Shown here one piece after another: positions 37,710 to 50,010 of a stretch of DNA of 64,000 bases. This DNA comes from Botryllus schlosseri (Eukaryota), in assembly GCA_051294905.1 (NCBI GenBank), contig CM119371.1, positions 2,854,001 through 2,918,000 on the forward strand, given 5' to 3'. Position numbers and translations under genes: made by a program. Position 1 is the first letter of the stretch. Every line of letters begins with the position of its first letter. The notes below the pieces were generated by a model that saw only the letters and a list, made by a program, of their open reading frames with translations, searched no databases and was not told the DNA's origin.

Positions 37710-39746
37710 CTGAAAGCACGCAAGCACTAAAACCAAGCACACATAGCATGCGCTTGAAATTGTGTTTACTGACCTCTTATGGGTGTATCTATTTTGCCAA
37801 CGTCGTCAACTCTACTACTTCTGTTGCAATAATGCGGGTAATTATACCGACGAGAGAGACAAGGCGCTGTCGGCGCATATTTTCGTTTGTATATTCATAT
37901 TATGTTGAGTTGCACAAAATCAGGGCAATTTCATTCTACCTGTAAGAATTGGTAAAGCGATATATATAGAGAGAGCAGACAACCAGATGAAGATAGAAGC
38001 CGTCATTGATGTTAATAGAGTAAAATAATGTAACAGTTCCAGGTGGAGTCAAGACAGTTGCTGTCATTAATGCTACACCAGTAGAATAATAAAATATTTC
38101 CTGGCAGAGTCGAGATTGTTATCAAAATTTATGCTTCTCACGTATAGTTGACGACATTGACTACATATCTACGCCCGCCTCTTAACGGGTCTCCAAATAT
38201 ACACTGTCACTTTTAAACTAGATTTTGTGGTATCGGGTACGGGGGACTGTAAGACTAACACCATGATCACAAAGTACAAACAACTAGAAATAACATCACT
38301 AAGCCCCTGGAATAGAGGAAATTATATTAATAAATGATATTTTCTGGAAAGCCAGGTGTGATTCACTTGATGTGGGGTTAGATGTTGAGCGAAGCGTTTT
38401 CGTTGGGGACAGCGTCGTATTGAGGTTGACATCTTTGTAGACACTCGATTCAGGAATCGGTTGCCCGGATTTTGTCAATGTCATTTTCATAAGCACTAAA
38501 ATAGCGAATTTCTGTAGAGCAAGCACGGCTCGTCTCGCACTATACAGTTCTCCTATAGCAGTGGTGTTCAACCTTTTTGTTTTCGCGGACCCCTTTTGGA
38601 CCGTCAGTGACCCCCCGCGGATCCCGTATAGTTTTCGCTCAAAATTATTTTTAAAAAAAATAGGCCTAGAAACTGTACTCATGAGCATGAACATTAGTAG
38701 TGAAGAGAACGAGTACATCATGGTTGTTACTGGTAGTGACGAGAACACACAAATATTAGGATTTGAAAACATTGATTTGTCGAATAATGAAATTCACAAT
38801 TTACTCACGTTGAACCTCCTCAGTATGTCTGTCGGATATTAATGTTTGTGAGACTCCGACTGATCGGTTGAGATTGTCATGCAAATCTTTTGCGAAAGGG
38901 ATTCTGATCCACTGGAGGAACAGCCTTTCAAATGAGATGTTACGTATGATGATCTTGTGATTGCGATATACTGTAATAAAATCAAGTCTGGTTACATAAA
39001 GTAGAATCAGTAAACCTATATATCTATATATAGCACAGCACCCAGCTATATTGATCTATTTATTATAGTTTACAGGCAGAAATGGTCAAGTTGTTCTCGG
39101 AGTTACTCAGGTAGAAGTAACGTCATACATTTCTACCCAAGCACTATTACAAGTTGCGATTTACAAGTAAGTTAAAGGGTAAATGCTAGGTTTGACTAGA
39201 AAACTGAAAACGGTTCAAGTATAAGTGCAAGAGGTCCAAAATCATAACCACTCGAGTAACTAGTGCTAGTATACAAAACCTATTTGGGATTTGAGTACTA
39301 TGAAAAAATTAAATAGCTTGATACTGATCACCAATGCTAGCAGAGGGCCAGATTCCGTTTTCTAGTTTATTTTAAGTCCAATCATAGCAATGGTTGTAGT
39401 TGTCTGTGCTTGAAGCGAGATGAAATATATAATGAATATCGACTGCTACATCGGCATGATCAGTGAAGGTGGTAGTCATCAGTTTGATCGGCAGATGATG
39501 AAATATCCGATAACGGTCAGGCTCTAATTCAGTGGTTCTCAACCGAGCGTCCGCGATAGCTACAAATTCGCAGAAATGGTTCATGGCCTAATTTGTATTT
39601 TTTTAATTAGATAAATAACGCGGCAGCTTCGCTTCATAATTGCTAACACTTCAGAACCGTATTATTGCCACGAATTCTCCAATGATATACTAGGAGTTAG
39701 TTTAGTAGTCAGTCGTAGCCAGTGACAAAGTATTTCTACTTTTGGT

Positions 39747-40380
39747 CAGGGTTGTAACCATGTCACAAGGTTACAGGTCAATCTCACTTTTATAGTTTTG
39801 ACTCGAGTCATTTTGAATTCTCCACCGACTCAAGTCCGAGTCCATGTCAGCAAGCAGAGAATCAAGTCTGAGTCTTGGTATTGTAACGTGAGTCCGAGTC
39901 CAAGTCATTGCGTCGACTGCTCAGTTTTCCGCTAAAGTCTTGTTTAATCCACTTTTTATAACTGTTTGGTGATATCGAATGGTTCGCATTTATAACATAC
40001 AATTGAATAGTATATTCATAATGAAATGAACTCGAATATTTCCGGCTGACACTCGTCAGGGGTAATCGTCAGCAACAAGTAGAGAAATTTATAATATACT
40101 AATATATTTTTACCTTGTAACAGTTTATGGTTTCATTTTTAAGTACGGCTACCAATAGATGAAATACCAATAGTGTGGCTACTTTACTATTTTTCGAAAT
40201 TACAATGAAATGTCCGCCTTGGCCCACTGCGTCTCGAGTCATATGGCTTGAACTCTAGTCATTACACAGATTGACTCGAGTCCAGCCATTTCCATACTTT
40301 GAGAAAGTGACTCGAGTCAAGCTGAGTCATCAAAAAATCGCGAATCGAGTCGATCCATGACTCGAGTCATTACAACCCTG
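39747..40380 (-). mobile_element. GACTCGAGTC-family hAT MITE, complete
   Basis: cagggttgtaac / cattacaaccctg; TSD cttttggt/attttggt. Confidence 0.92.
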
Positions 40381-40559
40381 ATTTTGGTAATGCTCAAGTA
40401 CTGGTAGGTTTGTCTAGTTGCACTATCAACTCAATTCCTTATGATCTTAAACTGCTTCTACTTGTTCTTCAAAGTTTCGTGAAAAACTGGTCTACTTACT
40501 TCTTAACCTTGATAATTTATCAAGTGTAAGGTAGTTTGGGGATGAGCTTGCGTGATTTT

Positions 40560-41030
40560 TATGACCTACATTGGCATGACATATGGGCAAAATATCCCTG
40601 CATCACCGACACCAAACATATATTTTCGAAAATTGCACATAAGCCGATATGTCGTGTCATTTGTCATGGTGATGCACATGCAATTCCGAAAATATCCAAC
40701 TACAATTACTTGCTAAAAGCATGTAACACGTCCAACAAGTTGACTTTTTCAAACTACGTACTCGTGTACTTTTCAGACCTGTCATTCCGTACGAACCCTG
40801 GACGTAGACATTGAAAATCTATTCGAAATCGAGCAAAAATTTACAGCTATATTCAACGTCAATTTGAGTTTCTTTTTCGACTACTTGGAACACATAGTAA
40901 CAAACAACACAGTTTTCCTGTGGTATGTTCAAACTTGCGGACCCTTATTATTCGCATCAAGAACTGCGTCACACACATTGCTAACCTTGATAGTGATAAT
41001 AATAGGCATCGGTTTACACCACACAAGAAC
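40560..41030 (-). pseudogene. Decayed RRM-coding segment (extra RRM halves)
   Basis: Fragments IIITIKVSNVCDAVLDANNKGPQV*TYHRKTVFVT, IFNVYVQG, LLDVLHAFSK and SAYVQFSK follow the beta-alpha-beta order of an RRM; many disruptions. Confidence 0.5.
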
Positions 41031-41238
41031 TGTGTACCATAAATTTATACTGCCAATCCAGATTGTTGACGGTATACCAACTATATGGTTTTTATAGTAG
41101 GCCTAGTTGTAGTTCTAGGGTTAAAAAGTTAAGTAGTCCTGGTTCTAGATTTTCGATCTAAAATCCAGTAGCTTACACAAGACTCGCGGACTGCCGACCA
41201 GTGATGCAATGAGACACACGTTACAAAATAAGCTCTAC

Positions 41239-41382
41239 CATGGTATCATAAGTCTGGCCGTACGCCGAGAAAGCTTTGGCCAAAACGTCTTCCAAAAATT
41301 GACTTATTTTGAACAAACACCAGCCGTCATTCGTGAACATCGGTAGACGTCTTGGGATCGCGTTTCTTCTTGAACTTAATAA
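41239..41382 (-). pseudogene. RBM28: RBM28-like exon paralog (RRM N-terminal half)
   Basis: KKKRDPKTSTDVHE*RLVFVQNKS / LEDVLAKAFSAYGQ; DNA alignable with 37574-37709 including intron flanks. Confidence 0.8.
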
Positions 41383-41620
41383 CTAAAAGCAGACAAGAAC
41401 TAAGGCCAAGCACACACAGCATGAGCTCGAAATGCCGTTTTGTTCATCTGGTATGGGTGTAGCTATTTTGCTACTGTCGCCAATTACGATATACTGCCTG
41501 AGTAGCAATTCGGTAACTATAATGAAGTGAGAGACAAGGCACTAATTTTCGTTTGTATATTACTCTAACGTTAAATTGCATAAAATCTCGGAGCAGTTTC
41601 ATGCTATCTGGAACAATGGG

Positions 41621-42114
41621 TAGGGTTGGGCAAAATCGAGTACCTGAGTGATTCGATTCTGAATCGCATATTACGCTTCGAGTCGGGTCGAGTATTCGAG
41701 TATTACTCATTATGACGGAATGACAGAATGACTTTTACAGAATGTACTTTGTCAAAGTTCAAATATGTGCCTTTTATTAGACCACAAATAATATAATGCT
41801 GGTTAACCAGCAAATTAAAGATACTTCGGTATTTTTTTGCCCATATCGATTCCATTGCAGTTTTTGGCAACGTTGTCGGAGGATCATGACTTCGGAAACG
41901 TGTTATTTCCAGTAACATTCGTTGCTCTGTACTATGTCGCGTATGCTGCGACACGGCCAATCAAGTTTTTTTTTCAAGGCTTCCTTAGTGGAAATAGCAT
42001 CAAAACTAGAATTCTCGTTAGTAAATTAACTTTGAAATGCGAGGAGCGTGTGATTCCAGTACTCGAAAAAAATCGTTTTCTACTACTCGACTAGAATCAT
42101 TGTGCCCAGCCTCA
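41621..42114. mobile_element. TAGGGCTGGGC-family MITE
   Basis: tagggttgggcaaaatcgagta ... aatcattgtgcccagcct; inverted homolog of 25854-26370. Confidence 0.85.
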
Positions 42115-42221
42115 ACAGTGCGTACAAAAATTGAGAGAGGTGTATAGAGTAGACAACAAGATGGATAAAAGGGCAATACAATTACTTTTACTGCAACCAC
42201 AACATAGTGTAAGGCTAGAGC

Positions 42222-43218
42222 TAGGATTGCATTGACTCAACTTGAGTGGGACTCGAGTCATTATCTTGGATCTAGAAAATGACTCGACCCGTACTCGAGT
42301 CATTGTGTATTCCTCGGACAAGTCATAAGAGTCCTGTATTAGTACTGATAGTTGGAAAAAAGGCAGAGAATCTCTGTTAACCTGTATTTATAAACATGTT
42401 AGGAGTGAGAGGAATGACTAGTGGTTGTTATTGGTAGTGGCGAGAAAACGCAAATATTTTGCTCTGAAATCATTGGTTTGTCAAAAAATATAATTCATAA
42501 TTTACTCACATTTCACCTCATATTTCATTCGGACATTGATGTTTGTCAGATTCCGACCGATCGATTGAGATTGAGATTGAGATTGATCTTGGCTATTCAA
42601 AATGACTCGACCCGTGCTCGGGTCATTGTGCATTCCTCGGCATATAAGACTCGTGTATTAGGACCGATTTCATTCGGACATTGATGTTTGTCAGAGTACG
42701 ACCGATCGATTTAGATTGTCGAGCAAACGTCTTTCACGAAAGAAATTCTGATCCACAGGAGGAACAGCCTTTCAAACGAGATGTTATGTACGATGATATT
42801 GTAATTGCTCATGACTCGAGACACAGACGGTCAAGACCGACATTTCATTGTAATTTCGAAGAATAGTAAAGTATCCACACTATTGGGATTTCATCTATTG
42901 GTACTGGTACTTGAAAATGCGACTAGAAACTGCTAAAAGTGAGGAAAATGAGTATATTATAAATGCGAACCATTCGATATTACCAAACAGAGTTATAAAA
43001 TGTTGATTTAATCTGACTTTAACTGGAAACTGAGCAGTCAACAACAGTGACTTGGATTCAAGTCATAATACCATGACTCGGACTCGACCCTCTGCTCGCT
43101 GACTTGGAGACGGACTTGACTTAGTGGTGAATTGAAAATGACTCGACTCGACCAAATCAAAACTATAAAAATGAGATTGACTTGTGACTTAGAGCCTTAT
43201 GACTTGGTTACAACTATG
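42222..43218 (+). mobile_element. GACTCGAGTC-family copy with internal duplication and a segment shared with about 38690-38965
   Basis: aaatgactcgacccgt.ctcg.gtcattgtg occurs at about 42277 and 42600; ends gacttggttacaactatg. Confidence 0.7.
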
Positions 43219-43408
43219 CCTCGCAGGGTATTTTGTTATTGAATAGTACACAGACTTGTACAACTTAGGTTATAATTTAGGTCGTTGCCGGAAACTAACA
43301 ACCGGTTTTTGAGTAGTTTCAATTTCCAGTCGCGTATTTTAAAAAGTGAGTCGTTGTAGTTCGAATAGCTTATTTAAAATGAAAATAAAAATAAAAAAGA
43401 GAAAATAC

Positions 43409-43502
43409 CTGTCATCGTTTGGCCCAAATCAATCTTTTGCATTTTCGTTCTTTTCCGATTTCTTCCATTCTATTGTGCCGAGTTCTTCAGCGGCTTGGGT
43501 TC
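43409..43502 (-). pseudogene. RBM28: RBM28-like orphan GT.AAE exon paralog
   Basis: ttttctgtag|GTQAAEELGTIEWKKSEKNENAKD*; paralog of 33250-33391 and 48957-49100. Confidence 0.75.
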
Positions 43503-43734
43503 CTACAGAAAACGACGTAGGGTCAATGACGTCAGCATTGTAATGTTGTAGAACTTTAGATAGGTCAATCGGAGGTGGGTTGGCTACTAGTACTTACTAA
43601 GTTGCGTCATGACTTGGACAAAAAGAATATTTTGAGCTTTTCTGAATTAGATTAGAATTAGAGCTACACAGCTTTTCCAAATCAGATTAGAATTAGAATT
43701 ACTGATTTTGCAAAAATTGTCTATGGGCCTACAC

Positions 43735-45433
43735 CAGTGGTTCTCAACCTTTTTCACCTCGCGGACCGGTAAAATGTCACAAAACTGACTGGCGGACCGG
43801 TGAACTTTCAAAATTGAAATTAAGCCAAAATGTAAAGCATGCAACCGTTTTTTTCAGTTATATGATGCTAGAGAGTGACATTTAGAGGGTTTTGATCCTG
43901 ATTAATTATCTTCACGATGGCATCCATGTGATTTTATGGTAGTCAGTCTGCTGGAGTCGATGTAAAATTGCCTTATCCAGATAAACGTGCTACCGACGAT
44001 AGTCGTTTACAGTCTTTCGTGCCGAAGGCCGTGGGTTTAACGGACCACGCCAACTCGAATAATACTCTTCTCTTTGACAATATCGATACAAGAAGCGTTT
44101 CGGAGTCAATCCAAGCACCTTGTCGTGCTACCTTGCTCTTTGCCCACTGCCACCGGACGCAGAGGCTACTCTGACAACTACGAATACAATGCGTGACGCA
44201 AGAAAACACCTTACAGTAACTATACCGGCAATCCATGCCGAAAAATCACTTCGACTGCCCACCCCCAAAAGCGTTGATCTTGTGCTCCACAGGTCGATAA
44301 AGCCACAGTTGGGAGGATGTTTTCGCCTTTCTGAGCACATTCATTCTACTCAGTGTAATCAAAGAGTTTAAGTAGCTTAGTACGTCAATAGCGAAAATTT
44401 TCCACTATTCATGACTGAATCGGTTTTCTCGCGGCCGTATTTTTGGCACGCCTTTCGGAGTCGCGTGTTAGCCTAATCTTCATTATTTTGTGTTGGTACG
44501 TCATGGCGCGGTAATGGCTGACGCCCAAATGCATATTTCTATAAATCATGCGTATTTCTCGGAGACGGGCACCTAATATGCAAGACATTTACTGACACTA
44601 AATCGCGCAAAGAGCGAGAAGAAATTGAAAAATGTTGGAAAAAGTTTCAAATATATATGCTATGATTTATGTTCATCATGGTTGTATTGACTCGAGTCAA
44701 TTTGTGTATTGACTCGCCTTGTACTCGAGTCATTGCACATGACTCGGACCGAGTAATATGACTCGAGACTGGGTCTACCAAGACAGGCATTTCATTGCAA
44801 TTTCGAAGAATAGTAAAGTTATCACGCTGATATTATTTCGTCTGTCAATACTGGCACTTGGAAATGCTACCTGAAACTGTTAAAAGTGACGAAATGAGGA
44901 TATTATGAATGAGAAGTATTCGATATCACCGGTTAGAGTTGTGAAAACTGGGTCTCACATGACATTAACTCGAAACTGAAAAGTCCGCACACAATGACTT
45001 GGACTCGGACTCGAGTCAAAACACTATGACTCGGACTCGACGGTCTACTCAGTGACTTGAACTAGGACTTAACTCGGCGGTGAATTTACAAATCTAAAAA
45101 AGTGAGACTGACTTGTGACCCGGAACCTTATGACTTGAATACAACCCTGATGTTCATTTGCAAAATAATTTCGGGTTCTTTTCAAGCTCGGCCCTTCTCC
45201 TATTAGGCGGTTTGGGGTGCCCCAGTTACGGTCCTGCAAAGAATGAATGAATCGAACATGTTTCCAGCCCTAGTGTTACCTCAAGAAGTTAAAATTTATT
45301 TATTTGATCAATGGACAAGCCTTTTACATTGCATCTTGAATTTAAGGTATAAAATTGTAATTTACCTGGCGGACCGGCAGGAATGTCGTCGCAGACCGGC
45401 ACCGATCCGCGGACCGCCGGTTGAGAAACACTG
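43735..45433. mobile_element. hAT (Charlie/Buster-type) element
   Basis: cagtggttctcaacc / ggttgagaaacactg; GCGGACCGG motifs; perfect TSD GCCTACAC. Confidence 0.93.
44677..45149 (+). mobile_element. GACTCGAGTC-family MITE nested in 43735-45433
   Basis: catggttgtattgactcgagtc ... tacaaccctg; perfect TSD ATGTTCAT. Confidence 0.9.
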
Positions 45434-45899
45434 GCCTACACCAAGCTCGTTTTTTACTATACCAGAAGCCACCGCAATTGGCGTTGATCTGATTTGAGAT
45501 TTTGGAAGTACGCGAAATAAAGCATTTTGAAATGCTACAATTGATTTCAGTTTTTAAATGAATATTGTTGTTGTTTCAAAATAAGCTATTCGCATGCGCC
45601 CAACAACATTATTCCACACTAGCTGAAACAGCTTCTGCGATGGCAAGACCATTCCATAGAGGGAGAGTCTGCTTATATCAATAAGCATATTGTCTTGACG
45701 TGCAATGGCCCAGACACTGCCAAGACAAAGTGGCCCAGGACGTCCCCACAGGATCAATGTTTAGGATGAGATAGTCTTTCAGATTAGATTAAAATTAGAT
45801 TACTGGCATCTGGCAGTTTACTCACTTCTGCCTTGAAGTGACATAATGAAAGGTGTTGATAGAGAAAACCAACTTCAAGTGTTTGGAAAGCGAAGTCAC

Positions 45900-46393
45900 T
45901 TTTTAAAAACCAGTGATCACCTCTCTTTACGATTTTTGTGGACAGGCTTCTCTGTCATGCCACTTTGCTAACACACAATCAAAATGACAAATCCTTCTAC
46001 CAGTGCTTCATTTTATATGTCACACCACATTTGCAGGATGTTGTGGAAGTAAGATACTTTTGAATCGGGTAAAGTTCAGAGAGGGCCTGATGTAAAATTT
46101 CCGTTTAAACTGGATGACACATATCTTATTACCTTGTAAGGTCTTCTGAGAAAACTGAACTGCAACAAACCTGTCAGGTATCGTTGTTGTGGCCTGATTT
46201 GGGCACACTAGCCGCCATTTGCTTTTCCGTCTTTTTTCTTGAGTGGCCGAATCTTCCGACGAATAATATCTTGAAACGATGTCGGTTGGAATTCTATTGA
46301 GTATCGGAACCATTTGAGAAGTCAATTTCGTTTTCTGGCTTCCGTTCTGTGAGAAATTCCGCTGCACGCTGTTCTTTGATTTCAGGAGCTATC
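45900..46393 (-). pseudogene. RBM28: RBM28-like pseudogene copy 2, terminal exon
   Basis: DNA similarity to 29500-29760 (ccgaatcttccga; cct.ctag/aa acceptor context; aatcggtt.at.tga.cgagaaa). IAPEIKEQR aligns with KALEINERR. Disrupted. Confidence 0.65.
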
Positions 46394-46505
46394 CTAGAAG
46401 GTAGGAATCGGTTCATATGACCGAGAAATACAGCCCTCGTACCTGATATCTTGATATATTTTCAGAAATAGCACATAGGCTATTAGAGATGCCAATAGTT
46501 TGGAG

Positions 46506-46960
46506 CAGTGGTTCTCGCAGTTTTTAGAGCGCGACAAAATTTTGTGTTACTTTACATTTCGCAACCCAAGATTCGCACACAGTAAAAATGCATTTCTGAC
46601 GCAAGTAAGCCCATGCAACTATTTTACGAGCATGTATGGATCCGACAAGGTACAAACAAAAAGACGGTCGATATCAAAGTAGGCTACCTATACTTTTCCG
46701 GGGTACTCAAGTAGATTTCATCAGATCTGCTAACCATATTTAGGCAGAACCACTTACTTTTTCGACTTTGGATTTTGCAAACTAGAAGTTGGTTTTGGGA
46801 TAGGTTCCGAGCACTTTTACGTATAAATTTCCATAACGGTGAAGTAGCGTCTGTATCACGGTCATTAAATTTATTTTCAAAAATGACACCAATTATTGAA
46901 AACATTTCTTGGCTCATTTTCAATTCAGTATTTTGCATTATCAGTGCTGTCAATTAGCCA
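46506..46960. mobile_element. Truncated hAT element with a Buster-like transposase trace on the minus strand
   Basis: cagtggttctc terminus. SPLWKFIRKSARNLSQNQLLVCKIQSRKSKWFCL resembles PLS..TV.RRI..MS.....QL...I..S.WFALQLDES. Confidence 0.5.
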
Positions 46961-47187
46961 CAATCGACAACACATGGCATGCGATTTAGTTAGTTAGTTG
47001 CATATCTTCAAATGTTTGCTGATTTACATTATTTTAAGAAGTGTGTAGGCCTATACCAGTGATTCTCATTGGCTGAAAGATGATCAAGTGTTGTCAAGCA
47101 GGAATGACGGCAGAAAATAAAGCAGATAACGATCAAAGTTAATGTCGAATATAATGTTGCAATTATCAGCATCGATAGGAATTTTAG

Positions 47188-47428
47188 CTGTTTTCCAATG
47201 AAAATTCAACTCTTGGCCTGTGACTGGTCCAAAAATGTCGGGATTGATATTGATTGAAACTTCTCAAAGCTTTCAAAGCGCGTTCGATTGTTTGTGTGTG
47301 AAACTGATGAATTCGTATCAGAGCTTTCTTCAACTTCTAACATGTACGCTGGAATTCTTCAGATCTCGTATCACTCGAGATTCCGTGATAACTACACAGC
47401 GTCGATCTTTGCATTGGAACAGAAGTAC
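47188..47428 (-). pseudogene. RBM28: RBM28-like pseudogene copy 2, last-RRM exon
   Basis: ERALKALRSFNQ / NINPDIFGPV fragments; donor mutated from GT to CT; alignable with 31489-31706. Confidence 0.82.
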
Positions 47429-48458
47429 CTGGAAACATGATCGCATCAGTTTATCGAAGCACTCATAAGGTAAACGTGTTAGTCAATAGCAAGAAAAAGC
47501 TATACAGTCGAGTATGCTAGTTCGGACAGTTTTGTTTTGCTTCCTTTCGGCAAAAATAAGCGGAGACACTGCTTTGTCCAAATTAACCGGAAATTCAATT
47601 GCCCTCTTATGGCTACCCGGTGAACCCTTACACTAATCTGAAAGCCTTTCGTGAATCCCATATTTTTGTCAAGTCACAAAAAACCTATCACAATACACAT
47701 TTACTACATGACTATGGAACTCTAGTGCGCGGAATGACTTATGCATCAAGCTTCGGTGTTAAGAAAAACAAAACCGTTAGAACATGATCATCACACAAAA
47801 TACACGACTGTAAATCAGTGTGACTTCTGTTGTATGAGTCGGATGTGTGTTTACTTTCCGTGAAACTCAAGACTGGCTCAGAGCAAACTTGGACAACTAG
47901 ATAATTGTATGTATCCAATTGCACTAATTAGAGGAAATTACGGCAATCTAATTATAACATACTTTGTGAAGTGTTCCTTTGCTGTAATTTTAATTCTAAT
48001 CCAGTTCGTGGAATGTTTGTAACCTCTAGTTTAAATTCTGCTCAAATTTCTTGTTTTCCCAAAATGCTACAGGGAACTGTACGTGCAAATCGAGTCAAGC
48101 TTGCTGTACAGATCGTTGTCGTTCTCGTGCTTATGAGACTGAGGTCTGATTTAATATGAACTGGACTTCATTCCATGTCCAAGTTTTCGCGAATTAAGTG
48201 ATTCTAATTCCAATCTAACTTTGAAAAATTGTGTAGATTTAACTCTGATTCTAATCTTAATTTGAAAAAAAAGTCTGGTTATAATTTTAATTCTAAATCT
48301 AGTAGAGTTTGTAAAATAAATGTGGCTTTTAGCCATCATTCTATTTCCAATCTGATTTTGAAAAGTTGAAAATGACCTAGTTGTTCAAATCTGGCTCGTA
48401 GAACCCCTGGAGTTATCGTGTGAAACCCCGGTTAGGAATCATTGCTTCAAGATAGCCT

Positions 48459-48913
48459 TGTTTGCGATTGCGCATGTTATTTGGTAGTCTCTATATTTGA
48501 GTACATTTTTAGAGGAATCAGTTCTCGCTGATGTAACTGTCCTTATTTGTATTCGGTTTTTCCAATCATTGTAAATTTAAGATTTTAGTGATTTGTACGA
48601 TTTTTAGTGATTTGATTGTTTGATTACTCTTTAATTATCTTTTCCCTAGTGTATAAATAGCCCTCGTTACCGTTGTCTCGCCCTCCTTTCGATCGAGCAA
48701 CGGACGAGCAAGCACTATTGCGAAACTCACTTACGCATCTTGGTGTTTCAACCAAAGCCTTGTTTCAATTGAGAGACTTTGATTGTATTACATTGAATAC
48801 AAGACTGATACGCAAGGTTTGCCTAGTCCACGGTAGCAGATTTTAGTGCAGCAGACAGGGTTCGACGCCTGGTAAATCGGCACTCATTAGGATTGGAGTG
48901 TCACGTCGAAACA
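48459..48913 (+). mobile_element. Solo LTR (455 bp) of an LTR retrotransposon
   Basis: TGTTT(G)CGA...TCGAAACA termini; perfect 5-bp TSD AGCCT; TATAAATA at about 48652; absent from the paralogous intron at about 33205-33215. Confidence 0.85.
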
Positions 48914-48956
48914 AGCCTAATCGGAAAGTACGTTAATAGTTGTGATGCTGACATAC

Positions 48957-49100
48957 CTACAACTTTTTGACACATGTAGGAAGATTGTGAGCGCAAAGTC
49001 GAATTGTAAGTCGCATTTTTCAGTTTGCCCCGTTTTGCATTTTCAATCGTCGGACATTTCTTCCATTCTATTGCGTTGAGACCTTCAGCGGCTTGCGTTC
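48957..49100 (-). pseudogene. RBM28: RBM28-like pseudogene copy 2, GT.AAEG exon (itself still open, 144 bp)
   Basis: tttttgtgtag|GTQAAEGLNAIEWKKCPTIENAKRGKLKNATYNSTLRSQSSYMCQKVV|gtatgt. Confidence 0.85.
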
Positions 49101-49609
49101 CTACACAAAAAATCACAGGTGGTCATGAAGTCAGTATCGCACTTTTCTACTTGTGGTAACCATAGATGGCTATACTTTCTAAGTAGCTTCACGCAGGGTT
49201 GTTGACTCGACTTGAGTAATTTCTTGAAATGACTCGACTCGAGTCAATTTTTGTATTGACTCGACATGAACTCGAGTCATTGCGTATGACTCTAACCAAG
49301 TCACATGACTCAAGACTGGGACGGCCAAGACAGACATTTCATTGTAACTTCGAAATATAGTGAAGTCACCGCATCATTGGTATGTCTTCCATTAGTCCTG
49401 ATACTTGGAAAATACGGCTAGGAGCTGTTAGGACTGAGGAAAAGTACGATATTCTATAACACTCGAATAGAAGTGAAAAAGGTGGGTTGAATCGGATTGA
49501 ACTCAAAATTGAACAGTGAGCACAACTACTTTGTTTCCATGCAGTGCCGACGAACGACCAAAAGGCTATGTTGCATGCATTGTACATGTCGGTCGTGTTT
49601 CCATGATCA

Positions 49610-49772
49610 GGCCTAATCCAACCCTGTCTTGGCCGAACAAGACTGACATGTATGTTTTTATCGCACTTATTCACTATGAATTGTCACCACATCACGAGAT
49701 TGCGATAAATTGACTCGATAGGAAAGAGCCGATACGACTAGAATCGACAATTCAATCAAACTACCCACCGAC
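49610..49772 (-). pseudogene. RBM28-like copy 2, heavily decayed equivalent of the RNLYLAREG exon
   Basis: RVNLSQSRD and DKNIHVSLVRPRQGWIRPD lie at the expected position between neighbouring exons. Confidence 0.4.
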
Positions 49773-50010
49773 CTGGAAGGTAGGTAGGCTGAAATTATAC
49801 ATATAAAAATGGTCCCGGGAATGAATTTTTGGGGTTGCATCGCCTTGCATTTCAAGCTCGAAAGCCCGTCTTTTTGAAATGCCGATTCCATCTCCAGTAT
49901 TACTTATATCATTTGCAATTCAGTAGTTTTTATTACAGTGTTATCAGTTGTAAGTTCGTTGTGTTTGAGTTAGTACGGCATCAGACTTCCGAAAGTCGTT
50001 AGTTCCAGAA

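Noticed and set aside
38299..38772. Longest ORF in the track (157 aa)
   Set aside because: It runs through a hAT terminus at about 38559 and a repeat shared with 42.4 kb; no recognisable domain.
43880..44340. Overlapping ORFs inside the 43735-45433 element
   Set aside because: At most a faint transposase trace (MDAIVKIIN..PLN); not an intact gene.
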